Shown here: positions 8,648 to 18,542 of the stretch, one piece after another
Position numbering within the stretch: position 1 is the first letter of the stretch
Layout: every line of letters begins with the position of its first letter
Assembly: GCA_040752335.1 (NCBI GenBank)
Contig: JBFMEV010000007.1
Span: 44,147-108,146, forward strand
DNA length: 64,000 nucleotides
Direction of reading: 5' to 3'
Source: Chloroflexota bacterium
GTDB lineage: Bacteria > Chloroflexota > Limnocylindria > Limnocylindrales > CSP1-4
Notes under the pieces: generated by a model
What the model was told of the DNA's origin: nothing
Databases searched by the model: none
Seen by the model: only the letters and a program-made list of their open reading frames with translations
Position numbers and translations under genes: made by a program

Positions 8648-9142
8648 ATGACCAGGAAGGTCAGCGCCGGGATCCTTCTCTACCGCCTCCGGGACAGTGG
8701 CCTGGAGGTCCTTCTCGCCCACCCGGGTGGGCCGTTCTTCGCCAATCGCGACGCCGGGCACTGGACGATCCCGAAGGGCGAGCCGAACGGGACGGACGAG
8801 CTCCTGGCGGCCGCCGCGCGCGAGTTCGAGGAGGAGACCGGGCACCCGCTCGCCGCCGCCGCCCTTGACCCCGCGGCTGCGCCGCTCGACCTGGGTTTCG
8901 TCACTCAGGCGAGCGGCAAGCAGGTCCATTGCTGGGCGGTCGAGGGCGACATGGACCCGGCGACCTCCACCTCGAATACGTTCGAGATGCCCTGGCCGCC
9001 GGGCAGCACCCGCCTCCGGACCTTTCCCGAGATCGACCGCGTCGCGTGGTTCCCGGTCGAGGAAGCCCGACGACGGGCGAACCCATCGCAGGCCGAGCTC
9101 ATCGACCGCCTGGCGAGTGCCGTCGTGCAAGACACTCCCTGA
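8648..9142 (+). CDS. NUDIX hydrolase
   Basis: Nudix box GEPNGTDELLAAAAREFEEETG. Start chosen at MTRKVSAGILLYR. Confidence 0.85.
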   Translation: MTRKVSAGILLYRLRDSGLEVLLAHPGGPFFANRDAGHWTIPKGEPNGTDELLAAAAREFEEETGHPLAAAALDPAAAPLDLGFVTQASGKQVHCWAVEGDMDPATSTSNTFEMPWPPGSTRLRTFPEIDRVAWFPVEEARRRANPSQAELIDRLASAVVQDTP

Positions 9143-9168
9143 CCGCCGTCCCCGGCTACCATCGCGCG

Positions 9169-10458
9169 GTGCCCGATCCCTTCCCTCACCTGAGCCGCGC
9201 CGTCGCGCGCCGGTTCCTCGTCCTGCGCCACCTCCTCGCCCCGCCGCGATCGCTGCCGGCCGATCCGGCGAGCGTGCTCCGGGTCATCGAGCGGGTGGGC
9301 TCGCTCCAGTTCGACCCGCTCGAGGTCGCCGGACGCAACCACGATCTCGTCCTGCTCGCCAGGATCGCCGGCTACCGGCGCGTATGGACGGATCACTGGC
9401 TGTACGAGGATCGCCGGCTCTACGAGACGTACAACAAGGGTCTCTCGATCGTGCCGGTCGCCGAGCTGCCGTGGTTCCGGCTGACCTGGGACCGGAACCA
9501 CGCCGAGCACACGGGCGGGGCCTTCGACGAGCACGCCCCGCTCGTCGAGGAGCTCCTGGCCCGGATCCGCGAGGGCGGCGCGCTCCTGCCCCGGGACGTT
9601 GGCCCGCGGGCCGCCATCGACTGGTACTGGCGCCCGACGAACCAGGTCCGGGCGATCCTCGAAGCCCTCGCCGAGGCCGGCGTTCTCGGTATCCGGCGAC
9701 GCGAGGGCAACCTCCGGGTCTACGACCTGGTCGAGCGCCTCTTCCCGGCGGCCATCCTGGCCGAGCGCCCACCCGAGTGGGAGCAGCGCCGCCACCGGCT
9801 CCTGTCGCGGTATCGCGGCGGCGGGCTGCTCGGGACCGGGGGCCAGGCGGAGCTCTGGCTGGGCACCGCCGCCGGGACGTCCGGCCAGGCCGGGGTGCGG
9901 ACCGCGTCCGAGCGCAGCGCGCTCCGAGCGGAGCTCGTGGAGCGCGGCGAGCTCTTCCCCGTGACGGTCGAGGCGTTCAGGGGTGAGCGCTTCGTGATCG
10001 GGACGGAGCGCGCGCTCCTCGAGCAGGCGGAGCGCGAGGTCGCGGCCGCCGAGCCGCCCGGGGGCCGCGAGCCCGGCGTCGCCTTCCTGGCGCCCCTCGA
10101 CCCCTTCTGCTGGGATCGGGATCTCCTGCGCCGGCTCTTCGACTTCGACTACGTCTGGGAGGTCTACGTTCCCGCCGCGAAGCGGCGCTGGGGCTACTAC
10201 GTCCTGCCGATCCTGTACGGCGATCGGCTGGTCGGCCGGATCGAGCCGCGGATCGAGCGACGGGCGGGGACGCTCCGGGTTGCCGGCCTGTGGTGGGAGG
10301 AGGGCTTCCATCCCCTCGCCGAGGATGGGTTCGCGGCGGCCTTCGCCGCAGCGATTGCGGCCCATCGCGACTTCGGTGGGATGACGCGGGTCGTCTTCCC
10401 GCGAGCCGCCCGCCATCGGCCGTTCGTGACTGCGGTCCGGGGGATCCTGGGCCGGTGA
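9169..10458 (+). CDS. Winged-helix YcaQ/AlkZ-family protein (putative DNA interstrand-crosslink glycosylase)
   Basis: RFLVLRHLL...VIERVGSLQFDPLEVAGRNHDLVLLARI...YETYNKGLSIVP and the C-terminal YYVLPILYGDRLVGRIEP are characteristic of the family. GTG start at 9169, after the NUDIX stop. Confidence 0.75.
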   Translation: MPDPFPHLSRAVARRFLVLRHLLAPPRSLPADPASVLRVIERVGSLQFDPLEVAGRNHDLVLLARIAGYRRVWTDHWLYEDRRLYETYNKGLSIVPVAELPWFRLTWDRNHAEHTGGAFDEHAPLVEELLARIREGGALLPRDVGPRAAIDWYWRPTNQVRAILEALAEAGVLGIRRREGNLRVYDLVERLFPAAILAERPPEWEQRRHRLLSRYRGGGLLGTGGQAELWLGTAAGTSGQAGVRTASERSALRAELVERGELFPVTVEAFRGERFVIGTERALLEQAEREVAAAEPPGGREPGVAFLAPLDPFCWDRDLLRRLFDFDYVWEVYVPAAKRRWGYYVLPILYGDRLVGRIEPRIERRAGTLRVAGLWWEEGFHPLAEDGFAAAFAAAIAAHRDFGGMTRVVFPRAARHRPFVTAVRGILGR

Positions 10459-10530
10459 TCCGGGCGCCCCGGCCCCGGTCGTGGGACGATGCGGGCGACG
10501 ACATCGACCCCGCAGCAAGGGAGTGACCCG

Positions 10531-10980
10531 ATGGCCGAAGTCCGACACGCGACCGCGACCTGGTCCGGCGACCTGGCCTCCGGCGCCGGCACGATCGACT
10601 ACGTCTCCAGCGGTGCCTTTTCGCGGATGCCCGTGACGTGGGCCGCCCGGACCAGCGCCCACAACGGCAAGACCTCGCCCGAGGAGCTGCTCGCCGCGGC
10701 CCACGCGGCCTGCTTCTCGATGGCCTTCTCGTCGCGGCTCGGCAAGAACGGGACCCCGCCGACGAAGCTGTCGGTCCGGGCCGAGGTCACCTTCGACAAC
10801 CCCGACGGCTCCGGCTGGAAGGTCGCGACGAGCCGCATCACGGTCACCGGCGAGGTGCCCGGCATCGATGCCGCGAAGTTCGCCGCGCTGGCCGAGGACG
10901 CCAAGGACAACTGTCCGATCTCGGTCGCCCTCAAGGGCAACGTCGAGCTCACGGTCGAGGCGACGCTGGCCGCCGGGTAG
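10531..10980 (+). CDS. OsmC-family peroxiredoxin
   Basis: ATWSGDLASGAGTI...SPEELLAAAHAACFSMAF...DNCPISVALKG carries the two conserved OsmC cysteines. Confidence 0.9.
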   Translation: MAEVRHATATWSGDLASGAGTIDYVSSGAFSRMPVTWAARTSAHNGKTSPEELLAAAHAACFSMAFSSRLGKNGTPPTKLSVRAEVTFDNPDGSGWKVATSRITVTGEVPGIDAAKFAALAEDAKDNCPISVALKGNVELTVEATLAAG

Positions 10981-11019
10981 GCGCTGGGCGGGCCGGAGCG
11001 GCCGCCGCTCCCACCGCCG

Positions 11020-11820
11020 CTATCGCGCCAGGTCGCGACGCTCGAAGGCGATGACGGCCACGATCCCACCGATGAGCGCCCAGCCGAGCAGGACGAGGGC
11101 GTTAGCCGGATCGATTCCGTTCGAGAGTGGATCGTTGGCGATGTACTGGTAGAACGGCGAGATCGGGCGCCAGGGCTCCAACCAGTCGACGAGCGCGCCG
11201 AGGCCGTTGAGAAAGAACCCGGCGATCGCGACCATGAGCGAGACCCCGGCGGCGAGCCAGCGCCGGCCGGTCAGCGCCCCGAGCGCAAGAGCCAGGCCGC
11301 CGAGGGCGTAGCCGAGCAGGACCGAGCTCGCGATCGCCTGGCCGACCAGGCCCATGTCGAGATCGACGTTCACGGCCAGGGCACCGAGGCCTGCCCCGAT
11401 CCACATCCCGATCCCGATGACGATCGTGCCGATGACGAAGGCCGCCGACTTCTCGACGACGATCCGCCACCGTGGGATGGGATTGGCGAGGAGGAGGTCC
11501 ATCGTCCCCCGCTCCTCCTCGGCCGCGGTGGCACCTCCAGCCACGACCACCGTGTAGGCGAGGACGAGGAGCGGTGCGACGAACGTGAAGAGCTCCAGGT
11601 TCAGGAAGCCCTCGGGCGTGCTCATGTTGAGGCTACCGGAGGCGAAGAACTCGCGGATCGCCGGCGGGAACTGCTCGAGCATCTTCTCGAGCTCGCCGAT
11701 GGCACCGATCGAGGGATAGAGCGCGACGTACATCGCCGGCCAGATCCCGGCGAACGCCGCCCAGCCGAGGACGAGCCGCCACTGGTCGTGGACCACCTTG
11801 GCGAAGACGCTACGCAGCAT
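11020..11820 (-). CDS. ABC-2 type transporter permease
   Basis: 266-aa polytopic protein starting MLRSVFAKVVHDQWR. Start overlaps the stop of the upstream ATPase gene. Confidence 0.75.
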   Translation of the reverse strand: MLRSVFAKVVHDQWRLVLGWAAFAGIWPAMYVALYPSIGAIGELEKMLEQFPPAIREFFASGSLNMSTPEGFLNLELFTFVAPLLVLAYTVVVAGGATAAEEERGTMDLLLANPIPRWRIVVEKSAAFVIGTIVIGIGMWIGAGLGALAVNVDLDMGLVGQAIASSVLLGYALGGLALALGALTGRRWLAAGVSLMVAIAGFFLNGLGALVDWLEPWRPISPFYQYIANDPLSNGIDPANALVLLGWALIGGIVAVIAFERRDLAR

Positions 11821-12772
11821 GGGACACCTCCTCGACCGGGGCGCCCGTGGTGGGCGCCGGCTCGGACGGCGGGCCGCCCCTCGGGCCGTTGCCGTAGAAG
11901 GCGAGGAAGATCTCCTCGAGGCTTGGCTCGTGGCTGATGACGTCCTCAACGCGGAGCTCCATGGCGGCCCGCAGGACCGGGTCCACGGAGCCCGTGACGA
12001 CGCACGACAGGTGGGGGCCGTCGACGACGAGGTCGCTGACGCCGGGCACGCCGCTGAACCGCTCGGCCGTCACCGGCTCGGTGAAACGGAGCTCGAGCCG
12101 ACGGAGGGCGCGGCGCTTGAGGTCAGCTACCGTCTCGACGGCCAGGAGGCGGCCCTCGCGGATGATCCCGACCCGGTCGCAGATGCGCTGGATCTCGGGC
12201 AGGTTGTGGCTCGAGACGAAGAGCGTCCGGCCGGCCGCCCGGAGCTCGTCGACGAGCTCGAAGAAGACGGCCTGGACGAGGGGGTCGAGGCCGAGCGTCG
12301 GCTCGTCGAAGATCGTGAGCTCCGGATCGCCCATCAGAGCCTGCACGAGCCCGAGCTTCTGGCGATTGCCGTGGGAGAGCGCCTTGATCTCGCGCGTCAG
12401 GTCGCAGTCGAGGCGCTCGGCGACACGACGTCCGGTGTCGATCGAGGGCAGGCCGCGGAGGTGGGCGAAGAACGTCAGGAGCTCGATCCCGCTGAGTGAG
12501 TCATAGAGCGTCAGCTCGCCCGGGAGGTAGCCGATTCGCCGGCGGATGGCCCGGCTGTTCCGTCTCGAATCGAGGCCGAAGAGGAGGGCCCGCCCGCTCG
12601 TCGGGCGGATGAAGTCGAGGAGGACGCGGATCGTCGTCGTCTTGCCGGCCCCATTCGGCCCGAGGAAGCCGAAGACCTCGCCGGGGCGAACCTCGAGGTC
12701 CAGCTCGTCGACGCCGCGTGCGCGTCCGTAGCGCTTGGTCAGCCGCTCGGTTCGGATGATCGGGTCGGGCAT
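11810..12772 (-). CDS. ABC transporter ATP-binding protein (ABC-2/DrrA-like exporter ATPase)
   Basis: Walker A GPNGAGKTT, signature LSHGNRQKL, Walker B LTIFDEPT. GGAGG Shine-Dalgarno before the ATG. Confidence 0.9.
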   Translation of the reverse strand: MPDPIIRTERLTKRYGRARGVDELDLEVRPGEVFGFLGPNGAGKTTTIRVLLDFIRPTSGRALLFGLDSRRNSRAIRRRIGYLPGELTLYDSLSGIELLTFFAHLRGLPSIDTGRRVAERLDCDLTREIKALSHGNRQKLGLVQALMGDPELTIFDEPTLGLDPLVQAVFFELVDELRAAGRTLFVSSHNLPEIQRICDRVGIIREGRLLAVETVADLKRRALRRLELRFTEPVTAERFSGVPGVSDLVVDGPHLSCVVTGSVDPVLRAAMELRVEDVISHEPSLEEIFLAFYGNGPRGGPPSEPAPTTGAPVEEVSHAA

Positions 12773-13068
12773 GCGAAGTACCTCCGACCGCCCATGGTCA
12801 GCCTGCGCGGGCTCGTCACCTAGGCCCGAGCGTCACGATCGTACCCGGCCGCTTGGCAAGGACCGATGTCCGATGTTGGCTCTCGGACCGGCCCGCTGCG
12901 GCATTGACTCGAGGTCAACGAATCCTGCGTTGCCGGGGCCGCAGGCGCCCAGACCGCGCCCTCGGGACTGGATCGTGCGTACCAGTCAGCGGTTCGCGTC
13001 GGGGCCCCACCAGAGATGGTTCTCGCGCACGTTCCTGTGACTCCGGGGCAACGTCGCTTGGCGTGACC

Positions 13069-14001
13069 TCACTCGATGGTGAGGATTCGCCTCGGGTTCG
13101 CGACCGTGATCTGGTCGATCTCCGCGTCGGAGACGCCGCGGTCGCGGAGCCGCTGCAGGAACGTCTCCTGGAGGTAGGTGTAGCCGTTGCCCTCGTAGTG
13201 CCGGAGCTGTGAGTTGTGGCATACGTCCTGGCTCAGGAGGACGTGGGCGGCGTGGCCGCGCGACAGCAGCTCGAGCAGCAGCTCGACGATCCGTGGCTCG
13301 CCGTGGCGCTCCATCGGCGTGAAGCTCATGCCCAGGAAATCGAGCTCGACGGACGCGCCGCGCCGGATGATCTCGAGCCAGTGATCGAGCCGCGGGTACG
13401 AGTCGGCGTGGCCGATCACGACCCGCGAGAGATCGACCCCCTCGGCCTCGAACACGTCGAGCTGGTCGAGCCCCACCGCCGACATCACGGCGTGGGTCGT
13501 GATCGCGAGGCCGGTCCGGCTGGCCGCCCGCGCCACGGCCCGGTGGATCCGCTCCTCGCGCGGCGAGAGCCACGGCTTGTCGGTCCCGATCTCGCCGAGG
13601 ATCCCCGGCCGGACACCGTCCACACCGTCCGTGATCTCCGCGACGAGCTCGTCGGCCAGGGACGCGACCGACCGCCGGTCGACGTCGAGGGTCGGCGGAT
13701 AGTAGGCGTCTCGGTACCAGCCGGCGGCCATGACCAGGTGCAGGCCGGTCGCTCGAGCCAGCCGGACCAGCCAGGCCGGGTCACGGCCCAGGCCGGCCGG
13801 GGTGACGTCGACGAGGCACGTCCCGCCCGCCTCGGCGTAGCGCTTGAGCTCGGCGGTGATGACCGGCTCGTCGGCCGTCAGCTCCCAGTAGTCCCAGCGG
13901 CTCGGGATGTGCCACAGCGCGATCTGGGTGTGCTCGTGGGGCAGCGTGAAGCCCAGGACGGAGGGGTCGACCGGGCCGAGGACCGTCTGGACGTGGGCCA
14001 T
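13069..14001 (-). CDS. Phosphotriesterase-related (PTER/PHP) amidohydrolase-superfamily protein
   Basis: N-terminal GFTLPHEHT metal-binding motif, 310 aa, TIM-barrel hydrolase pattern (GHAD, HVLLSQD). Confidence 0.85.
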   Translation of the reverse strand: MAHVQTVLGPVDPSVLGFTLPHEHTQIALWHIPSRWDYWELTADEPVITAELKRYAEAGGTCLVDVTPAGLGRDPAWLVRLARATGLHLVMAAGWYRDAYYPPTLDVDRRSVASLADELVAEITDGVDGVRPGILGEIGTDKPWLSPREERIHRAVARAASRTGLAITTHAVMSAVGLDQLDVFEAEGVDLSRVVIGHADSYPRLDHWLEIIRRGASVELDFLGMSFTPMERHGEPRIVELLLELLSRGHAAHVLLSQDVCHNSQLRHYEGNGYTYLQETFLQRLRDRGVSDAEIDQITVANPRRILTIE

Positions 14002-14013
14002 GCGGCCCCGAGT

Positions 14014-14727
14014 CTACGCGGCGTCGTTGCCGGCCGACCGACGCCCGGGCGACCCACCCAGGAGCGAGAACGGCCGGGCCTCGACCGCCGGGATCGCGGG
14101 GCGCTCGGGGCTGGCGGCCGCGGCGAGGACCGCGGCAAGGACCTCGCGCGCCTCGCGTTCGGCCTGGGCCCGCGAGAACGCCCGGCCCTGCTCCATGCGG
14201 GTCAGGAGGTAGCCGTCGAGGAGGACGCTGTAGGCCCGGGCGATGGCGATAGCGTCGGTCCAGGCCGGCAGCTCGCCGCGGGCGACCCCCTCCTCGACGA
14301 GCATCGTCCCGGCGAGGACGAGCTGATCCCGGCGCCGGGTCAGCATCTCGCGAGCGGCCGGCTCCTCGTCGGCCCGGGCCCAGGCCTGGACCAGGAAGTC
14401 GGCGTTGCCGGCGGCATCGGCCCCGCCCTCGGCGCTGTCGAAGTAGAAGGCGACGGCGATGGCGAGCTTCTCGGCCACCGTCGAGCCGGCCGCGAGCCGG
14501 GCCGCGAGCTCGCCGAAGCCGCGGCTCGAGCTCAGGTCGCAGGCCGCCAGGAACAGGTCGTCCTTGCCCCGGAACCAGGTGTAGATGGCGCCGACCGACA
14601 GGCCGCTCTCGCGGACGACATCCTGCATCGTGGCGCCGTGGAAGCCGCGCTCGCCGAAGACGCGGATTGCCGCGCCGACGATCCGCTCCCGGATCTCCTG
14701 CTCGTGGGCCGCGCTCACACGGGGCAT
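14014..14727 (-). CDS. TetR/AcrR-family transcriptional regulator
   Basis: RERIVGAAIRVFGERGFHGATMQDVVRESGLSVGAIYTWFRGKDDLF is the TetR HTH. Divergent from the MMPL gene. Confidence 0.9.
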   Translation of the reverse strand: MPRVSAAHEQEIRERIVGAAIRVFGERGFHGATMQDVVRESGLSVGAIYTWFRGKDDLFLAACDLSSSRGFGELAARLAAGSTVAEKLAIAVAFYFDSAEGGADAAGNADFLVQAWARADEEPAAREMLTRRRDQLVLAGTMLVEEGVARGELPAWTDAIAIARAYSVLLDGYLLTRMEQGRAFSRAQAEREAREVLAAVLAAAASPERPAIPAVEARPFSLLGGSPGRRSAGNDAA

Positions 14728-14800
14728 GTCATCGACCTCTCGGGGAACATCGCTTCCCCAATCTTAGGCCACCCTGGGGGCCTGGCGCAAGCGGCTGGGG

Positions 14801-14830
14801 TTGACAAGGGGAATGATCATTCTCTATTCT
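14801..14830 (+). promoter_or_regulatory. Putative MMPL promoter with embedded TetR-type operator
   Basis: TTGACA (14801-14806), 18-nt spacer containing the perfect 12-bp palindrome GAATGATCATTC (14811-14822), then TATTCT (14825-14830). Confidence 0.45.
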
Positions 14831-14884
14831 CGGGCCATCGACTCCACCCGCCGATGATGGCCGCGAGAAGGGACCACGACCTCG

Positions 14885-17245
14885 ATGTTCAGCCGCTGGG
14901 GCGCATTCGTCTATCGACGACGCCGGATCGTCCTCCTCCTGATGCTGGCCCTTGCCGCCGCCGCGGCACCACTCGCGTCCGGCGCGGCCGGGCAGCTGTC
15001 CTCCGGCGGCTGGCTCGACCCGAAGTCCGAATCAGCGGCGGTCGCCGATCGTCTGGAGGCGGAGTTCGGCGGCTCTCGGACCGCCTTCATCGCCGTGATC
15101 CACGCCGAGGCGCCGGGCGCCGACGCTCGCTCGGCGGAGTTCCAGGCGGCGATCGCGACGACGTTCGCCGGACTTGCCGACGACGAGCGGGTTGCCGAGA
15201 TCACCGGCTACGCGGAGACCGGCGACGACCGCTTCATCAGCACCGCCGGCGACGCCGCGTACGTGGTCATCGGCCTCGACATGACCGAGGACGAATCAGT
15301 GGAGGTCGTCGATGACATCGAGGCCCAGCTCGCCCCGCCGGCCGGCTACAGCCTGGGCCTGACCGGCTTCGGGCCCATCCAGAAGGACTCCGCGGAGCTC
15401 TCGGAGCAGGACCTGCAGCGGGCCGAGGTCGTGTCCCTGCCGATCGCGGCGATCGTCCTGATCCTCGTCTTCGCCTCGCTCATCGCCGCCGGCATGCCGC
15501 TCCTGGTGGCCGGCCTGGCGATCCCGACCTCGCTCGCGATCATCAACCTGATGGCTCGCCAGACCGAGATGAGCATCTACGTCCTGAACATCGCGACGAT
15601 GCTCGGCCTGGCCCTGGCGATCGACTACTCGCTCTTCATCACGAGTCGCTTCCGGGAGGAGCTGGCCAGGGGCCGGACCGTGGAGGCGGCGGTCACGATC
15701 GCCGTGGGCACGGCCGGTAAGGCGGTCCTCTTCTCGGGCGTCGCGGTGGCCATCGGCCTGTCCGGGCTGCTCTGGTTCGACGCCTCCGCCCTGAGCTCGA
15801 TCGGGCTGGGTGGGGCCGTCGTCGTCCTGACCTCGGTGATCTTCGCCCTGACCTTCCTGCCCGCGGTCCTCGGGATGCTCGGCCCTCGCGTCAACGCCCT
15901 GTCCGTCCGATCGCTCCTCCGCCGCGTCGGGGTCGTGGGCGATGAGCCGACGGTCCGCCACTCGCGCTGGGAGCAGGTCGCTCACGCGGTCATGCGCCGT
16001 CCGTTCGCGGTTCTCGTCCCGGTCCTGGCCGTGCTGTTCCTCGCCGGCTCGCCCTTCTTCCGGCTGCAGCAGGGCGTCCCCGATGCGACCGTCTACCCGG
16101 CCGGCGTCCCGAGCCGCGACGCCTGGGTCGCCCTGACCACCGAGTTCCGGGCCGGCGAGACGAACCCGATCGCGATCCTCCTCGACACCACGGTCGAGGC
16201 CACGGACCCTGCGAGCATCGAGGCCGTCATGGCCTACACCGATGCGCTCGTCGAGCTCGACGGCATCGACCGCGTCGAGGGCCCATTCGCGATCCACGAT
16301 CCAGCCACCGGTGTCCTCCTCGATGCCGACCAGGTGGCCCAGCTCTACGCCGCCCCGGCGGGGACGCTGCCGCCCCAGCTCGAGGCCGCTATCGCCGCCC
16401 TGAGGGACGCCTACATCCGGGGCTCGACCGTCCGCCTCGACGCCATCAGCCCACTCCCGCCGACGACGCCCGAGGGGACCGCGGTCGTGCCCCGGGTGCG
16501 CGGCGTGGACCAGGGCGATGGCATCGAGAGGGTGATGGTCGGCGGGACGGCGGCGGTGTCGGAGGATTTCCTCGTGGCCCAGAACGATCGGCTGCCGTGG
16601 GCGGTCGGGACGACCCTCGTGGCCTCGGCCCTCATCCTGTTCCTGCTCTTCGGCTCGGTCTTCATCCCCCTCAAGGCCGTCGTCATGACCCTGCTCTCAC
16701 TGTCGGCCAGCTTCGGGGCCCTCGTCTGGATCTTCCAGGAGGGCAATCTCCACGAGCTCCTCGGCTTCGAGCCGCTCGGCTTCACGATCGCCGGCAACCC
16801 GATCATCATGTTCGCGGTCCTCATCGGCCTGTCGATGGACTACGAGGTCCTGCTCCTCTCGCGGATCCAGGAGGCGTACCGACGGACGGGCGACAACACT
16901 GCCGCCGTCGCCGAGGGCCTGTCGAGGACGGCGGGCGTGATCACCGGGGCGGCGATGGTCATGGTCGTGGTCTTCTCGGCCTTCGCCCTGGCCGATGTCG
17001 TGACGATCAAGTCGATCGGGGTGGGGATGGCTCTCGCGGTCTTCCTCGACGCGACGGTCGTCCGGGTCCTGCTCGTGCCGGCTACGATGCGCCTCCTCGG
17101 CGAGTGGAACTGGTGGGCCCCGGGTATTCTCGGGCGGCTGGCCGACAGGCTCGGCTTCAGCCACGTGGAGGACGAGAGCGACGGCGAGGTCCGGGAGCCG
17201 GATCCCGCGGCGAGCGCCGCGGGGACGGCCACCAACCCCGCCTGA
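14885..17245 (+). CDS. MMPL-family (RND superfamily) membrane transporter
   Basis: 786 aa with two 6-TM bundles and two large extracytoplasmic loops. Motifs include GLALAIDYSLFITSRFREEL and GLSMDYEVLLLSRIQE. Confidence 0.9.
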   Translation: MFSRWGAFVYRRRRIVLLLMLALAAAAAPLASGAAGQLSSGGWLDPKSESAAVADRLEAEFGGSRTAFIAVIHAEAPGADARSAEFQAAIATTFAGLADDERVAEITGYAETGDDRFISTAGDAAYVVIGLDMTEDESVEVVDDIEAQLAPPAGYSLGLTGFGPIQKDSAELSEQDLQRAEVVSLPIAAIVLILVFASLIAAGMPLLVAGLAIPTSLAIINLMARQTEMSIYVLNIATMLGLALAIDYSLFITSRFREELARGRTVEAAVTIAVGTAGKAVLFSGVAVAIGLSGLLWFDASALSSIGLGGAVVVLTSVIFALTFLPAVLGMLGPRVNALSVRSLLRRVGVVGDEPTVRHSRWEQVAHAVMRRPFAVLVPVLAVLFLAGSPFFRLQQGVPDATVYPAGVPSRDAWVALTTEFRAGETNPIAILLDTTVEATDPASIEAVMAYTDALVELDGIDRVEGPFAIHDPATGVLLDADQVAQLYAAPAGTLPPQLEAAIAALRDAYIRGSTVRLDAISPLPPTTPEGTAVVPRVRGVDQGDGIERVMVGGTAAVSEDFLVAQNDRLPWAVGTTLVASALILFLLFGSVFIPLKAVVMTLLSLSASFGALVWIFQEGNLHELLGFEPLGFTIAGNPIIMFAVLIGLSMDYEVLLLSRIQEAYRRTGDNTAAVAEGLSRTAGVITGAAMVMVVVFSAFALADVVTIKSIGVGMALAVFLDATVVRVLLVPATMRLLGEWNWWAPGILGRLADRLGFSHVEDESDGEVREPDPAASAAGTATNPA

Positions 17246-17264
17246 CGATCGGGAGGGCTGGGAC

Positions 17265-17810
17265 ATGTCGACGGGTGACGATCGAGGGCCGTCCGTGCCC
17301 GCGGGTGGGCCGACCGTCCGGGTCTACGGCTGGCAGTGGGGCGAGGAGGATGCTCGGCGGCCGCGGCTCAGCTGGATCGGCGTGTTCCTCGTCATCTTCG
17401 GAGCGCTCCTGATCCTCGAGAACTCGGTCTACGGCGATCTTGGCAATATCGCTGTCCTTGCCGCCGGGCTGGCGTCGCTCCTGGCGTGGGTCATCACGCG
17501 AGGCACCGTGGCCCTCTACTTCGGGGCCTTCCTCACCGCGGCCGCGTTGCCCGGGACGATCGAGGCGGCGAGCAGGACCGATCTCGGGGCCGGCTGGGGA
17601 ACGCTCGCCTTCGGGATCGCCCTCCTCTTCATCGCATTCGTCCGGGCCGCCGGCCGCGGCGGCTGGGGCTGGCAGGCCCTCGCCGGCGGGGCACTCGTCC
17701 TCCTCGCCTCCACAGAGATCGCCGTCCCCGACGTCGGCGCCTACATCCTGCCGGCGTTGCTCGTCGCCCTGGGGCTGCTGCTCCTCCTGCGAGGTGGGCG
17801 CGGGGGCTAG
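17265..17810 (+). CDS. Hypothetical membrane protein
   Basis: 181-aa ORF with 4-5 hydrophobic helices, directly downstream of the MMPL gene. Confidence 0.5.
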   Translation: MSTGDDRGPSVPAGGPTVRVYGWQWGEEDARRPRLSWIGVFLVIFGALLILENSVYGDLGNIAVLAAGLASLLAWVITRGTVALYFGAFLTAAALPGTIEAASRTDLGAGWGTLAFGIALLFIAFVRAAGRGGWGWQALAGGALVLLASTEIAVPDVGAYILPALLVALGLLLLLRGGRGG

Positions 17811-18514
17811 CCTTCCGGCTCGCCCGGGCCTGCGCCGCGGCCGTTGAGGCTCGCGAGGACCTCCGGGAGCTCGAGGAGCGAATCGATCGTTGCGGCCGCC
17901 TCGAGCGGCGGACCATCGGTCGCCTGGAGGTACGCCCACGGACCGCGGCGGATGAAGATCGCCCGCATCCCGGCCGCCGCCGCGGGCCGGACATCGTTGT
18001 CGACGCGGTCGCCGACGTAGGCGATGGCCGCTGGCGCGAGATGGAGGGCGTCGGCGATCCGGACAAAGAAGGCCGGGTCGGGCTTCGAGACGCCCATCCC
18101 GGCCGAGCTCGCGACGAGATCGAGCGGGATCCCGAGGCCGCTGATGACGCGCTCCGTCTCGACCGGCTGGTTCCCGGCCACACCGACGCGGAAGCCCGCC
18201 GCGCGCAGCGCGCGAAGGGCGGGCAACGCGTCCGGATAGAGGTCGTCGGCCTCCGTCCAGGAGGTGCCCATCGCCGCGCGTCGGCGAGCGCTCTCGGCGG
18301 CCAGGTCCGCCTCCGGCCGGAGGAGCTCCGTGGCCCGGCGATGCTCCTCGCCCCGTTCGATCATCCCGCCCAGGACGGCGAACATCGTGAGCCTCGGAAT
18401 ACCCAGCCAGTCGGCCCACTCGCCCCACGGGCGCGTCTCGTCGACGAGCGTCTCGCCAACGTCGAGGACGACGGCCCGGATGCGGCCGTCGTGCCCGGTC
18501 CGGGTGGAGGTCAC
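17807..18514 (-). CDS. HAD-superfamily hydrolase
   Basis: Motif I VVLDVGETLVDE and motif IV YVGDRVDNDV. GTG start. Confidence 0.8.
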   Translation of the reverse strand: MTSTRTGHDGRIRAVVLDVGETLVDETRPWGEWADWLGIPRLTMFAVLGGMIERGEEHRRATELLRPEADLAAESARRRAAMGTSWTEADDLYPDALPALRALRAAGFRVGVAGNQPVETERVISGLGIPLDLVASSAGMGVSKPDPAFFVRIADALHLAPAAIAYVGDRVDNDVRPAAAAGMRAIFIRRGPWAYLQATDGPPLEAAATIDSLLELPEVLASLNGRGAGPGEPEG

Positions 18515-18542
18515 CGCGCCGTGGCGGAGGGCACGCCCGATG

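Noticed and set aside
8905-10704. 599-aa minus-strand ORF, plus the 8697-9986 plus-strand 429-aa ORF.
   Set aside because: These are shadow frames over the NUDIX, YcaQ-like and OsmC genes, with no recognisable domains and strong Arg/Pro bias.
10981-11019. Small hairpin GGAGCGG-ccg-CCGCTCC between the OsmC and permease genes as a terminator.
   Set aside because: A 7-bp stem with a 3-nt loop and no U-tract is too weak to call.
12930-12944. TTGAC-tcgag-GTCAA inverted repeat upstream of the ABC exporter operon.
   Set aside because: The arms are only 5 bp, which is within chance expectation.
13216-15315. 699-aa plus-strand ORF spanning the PTE-like, TetR and MMPL 5' regions.
   Set aside because: It crosses a well-defined divergent promoter and is antisense to two motif-bearing genes, with low-complexity composition.
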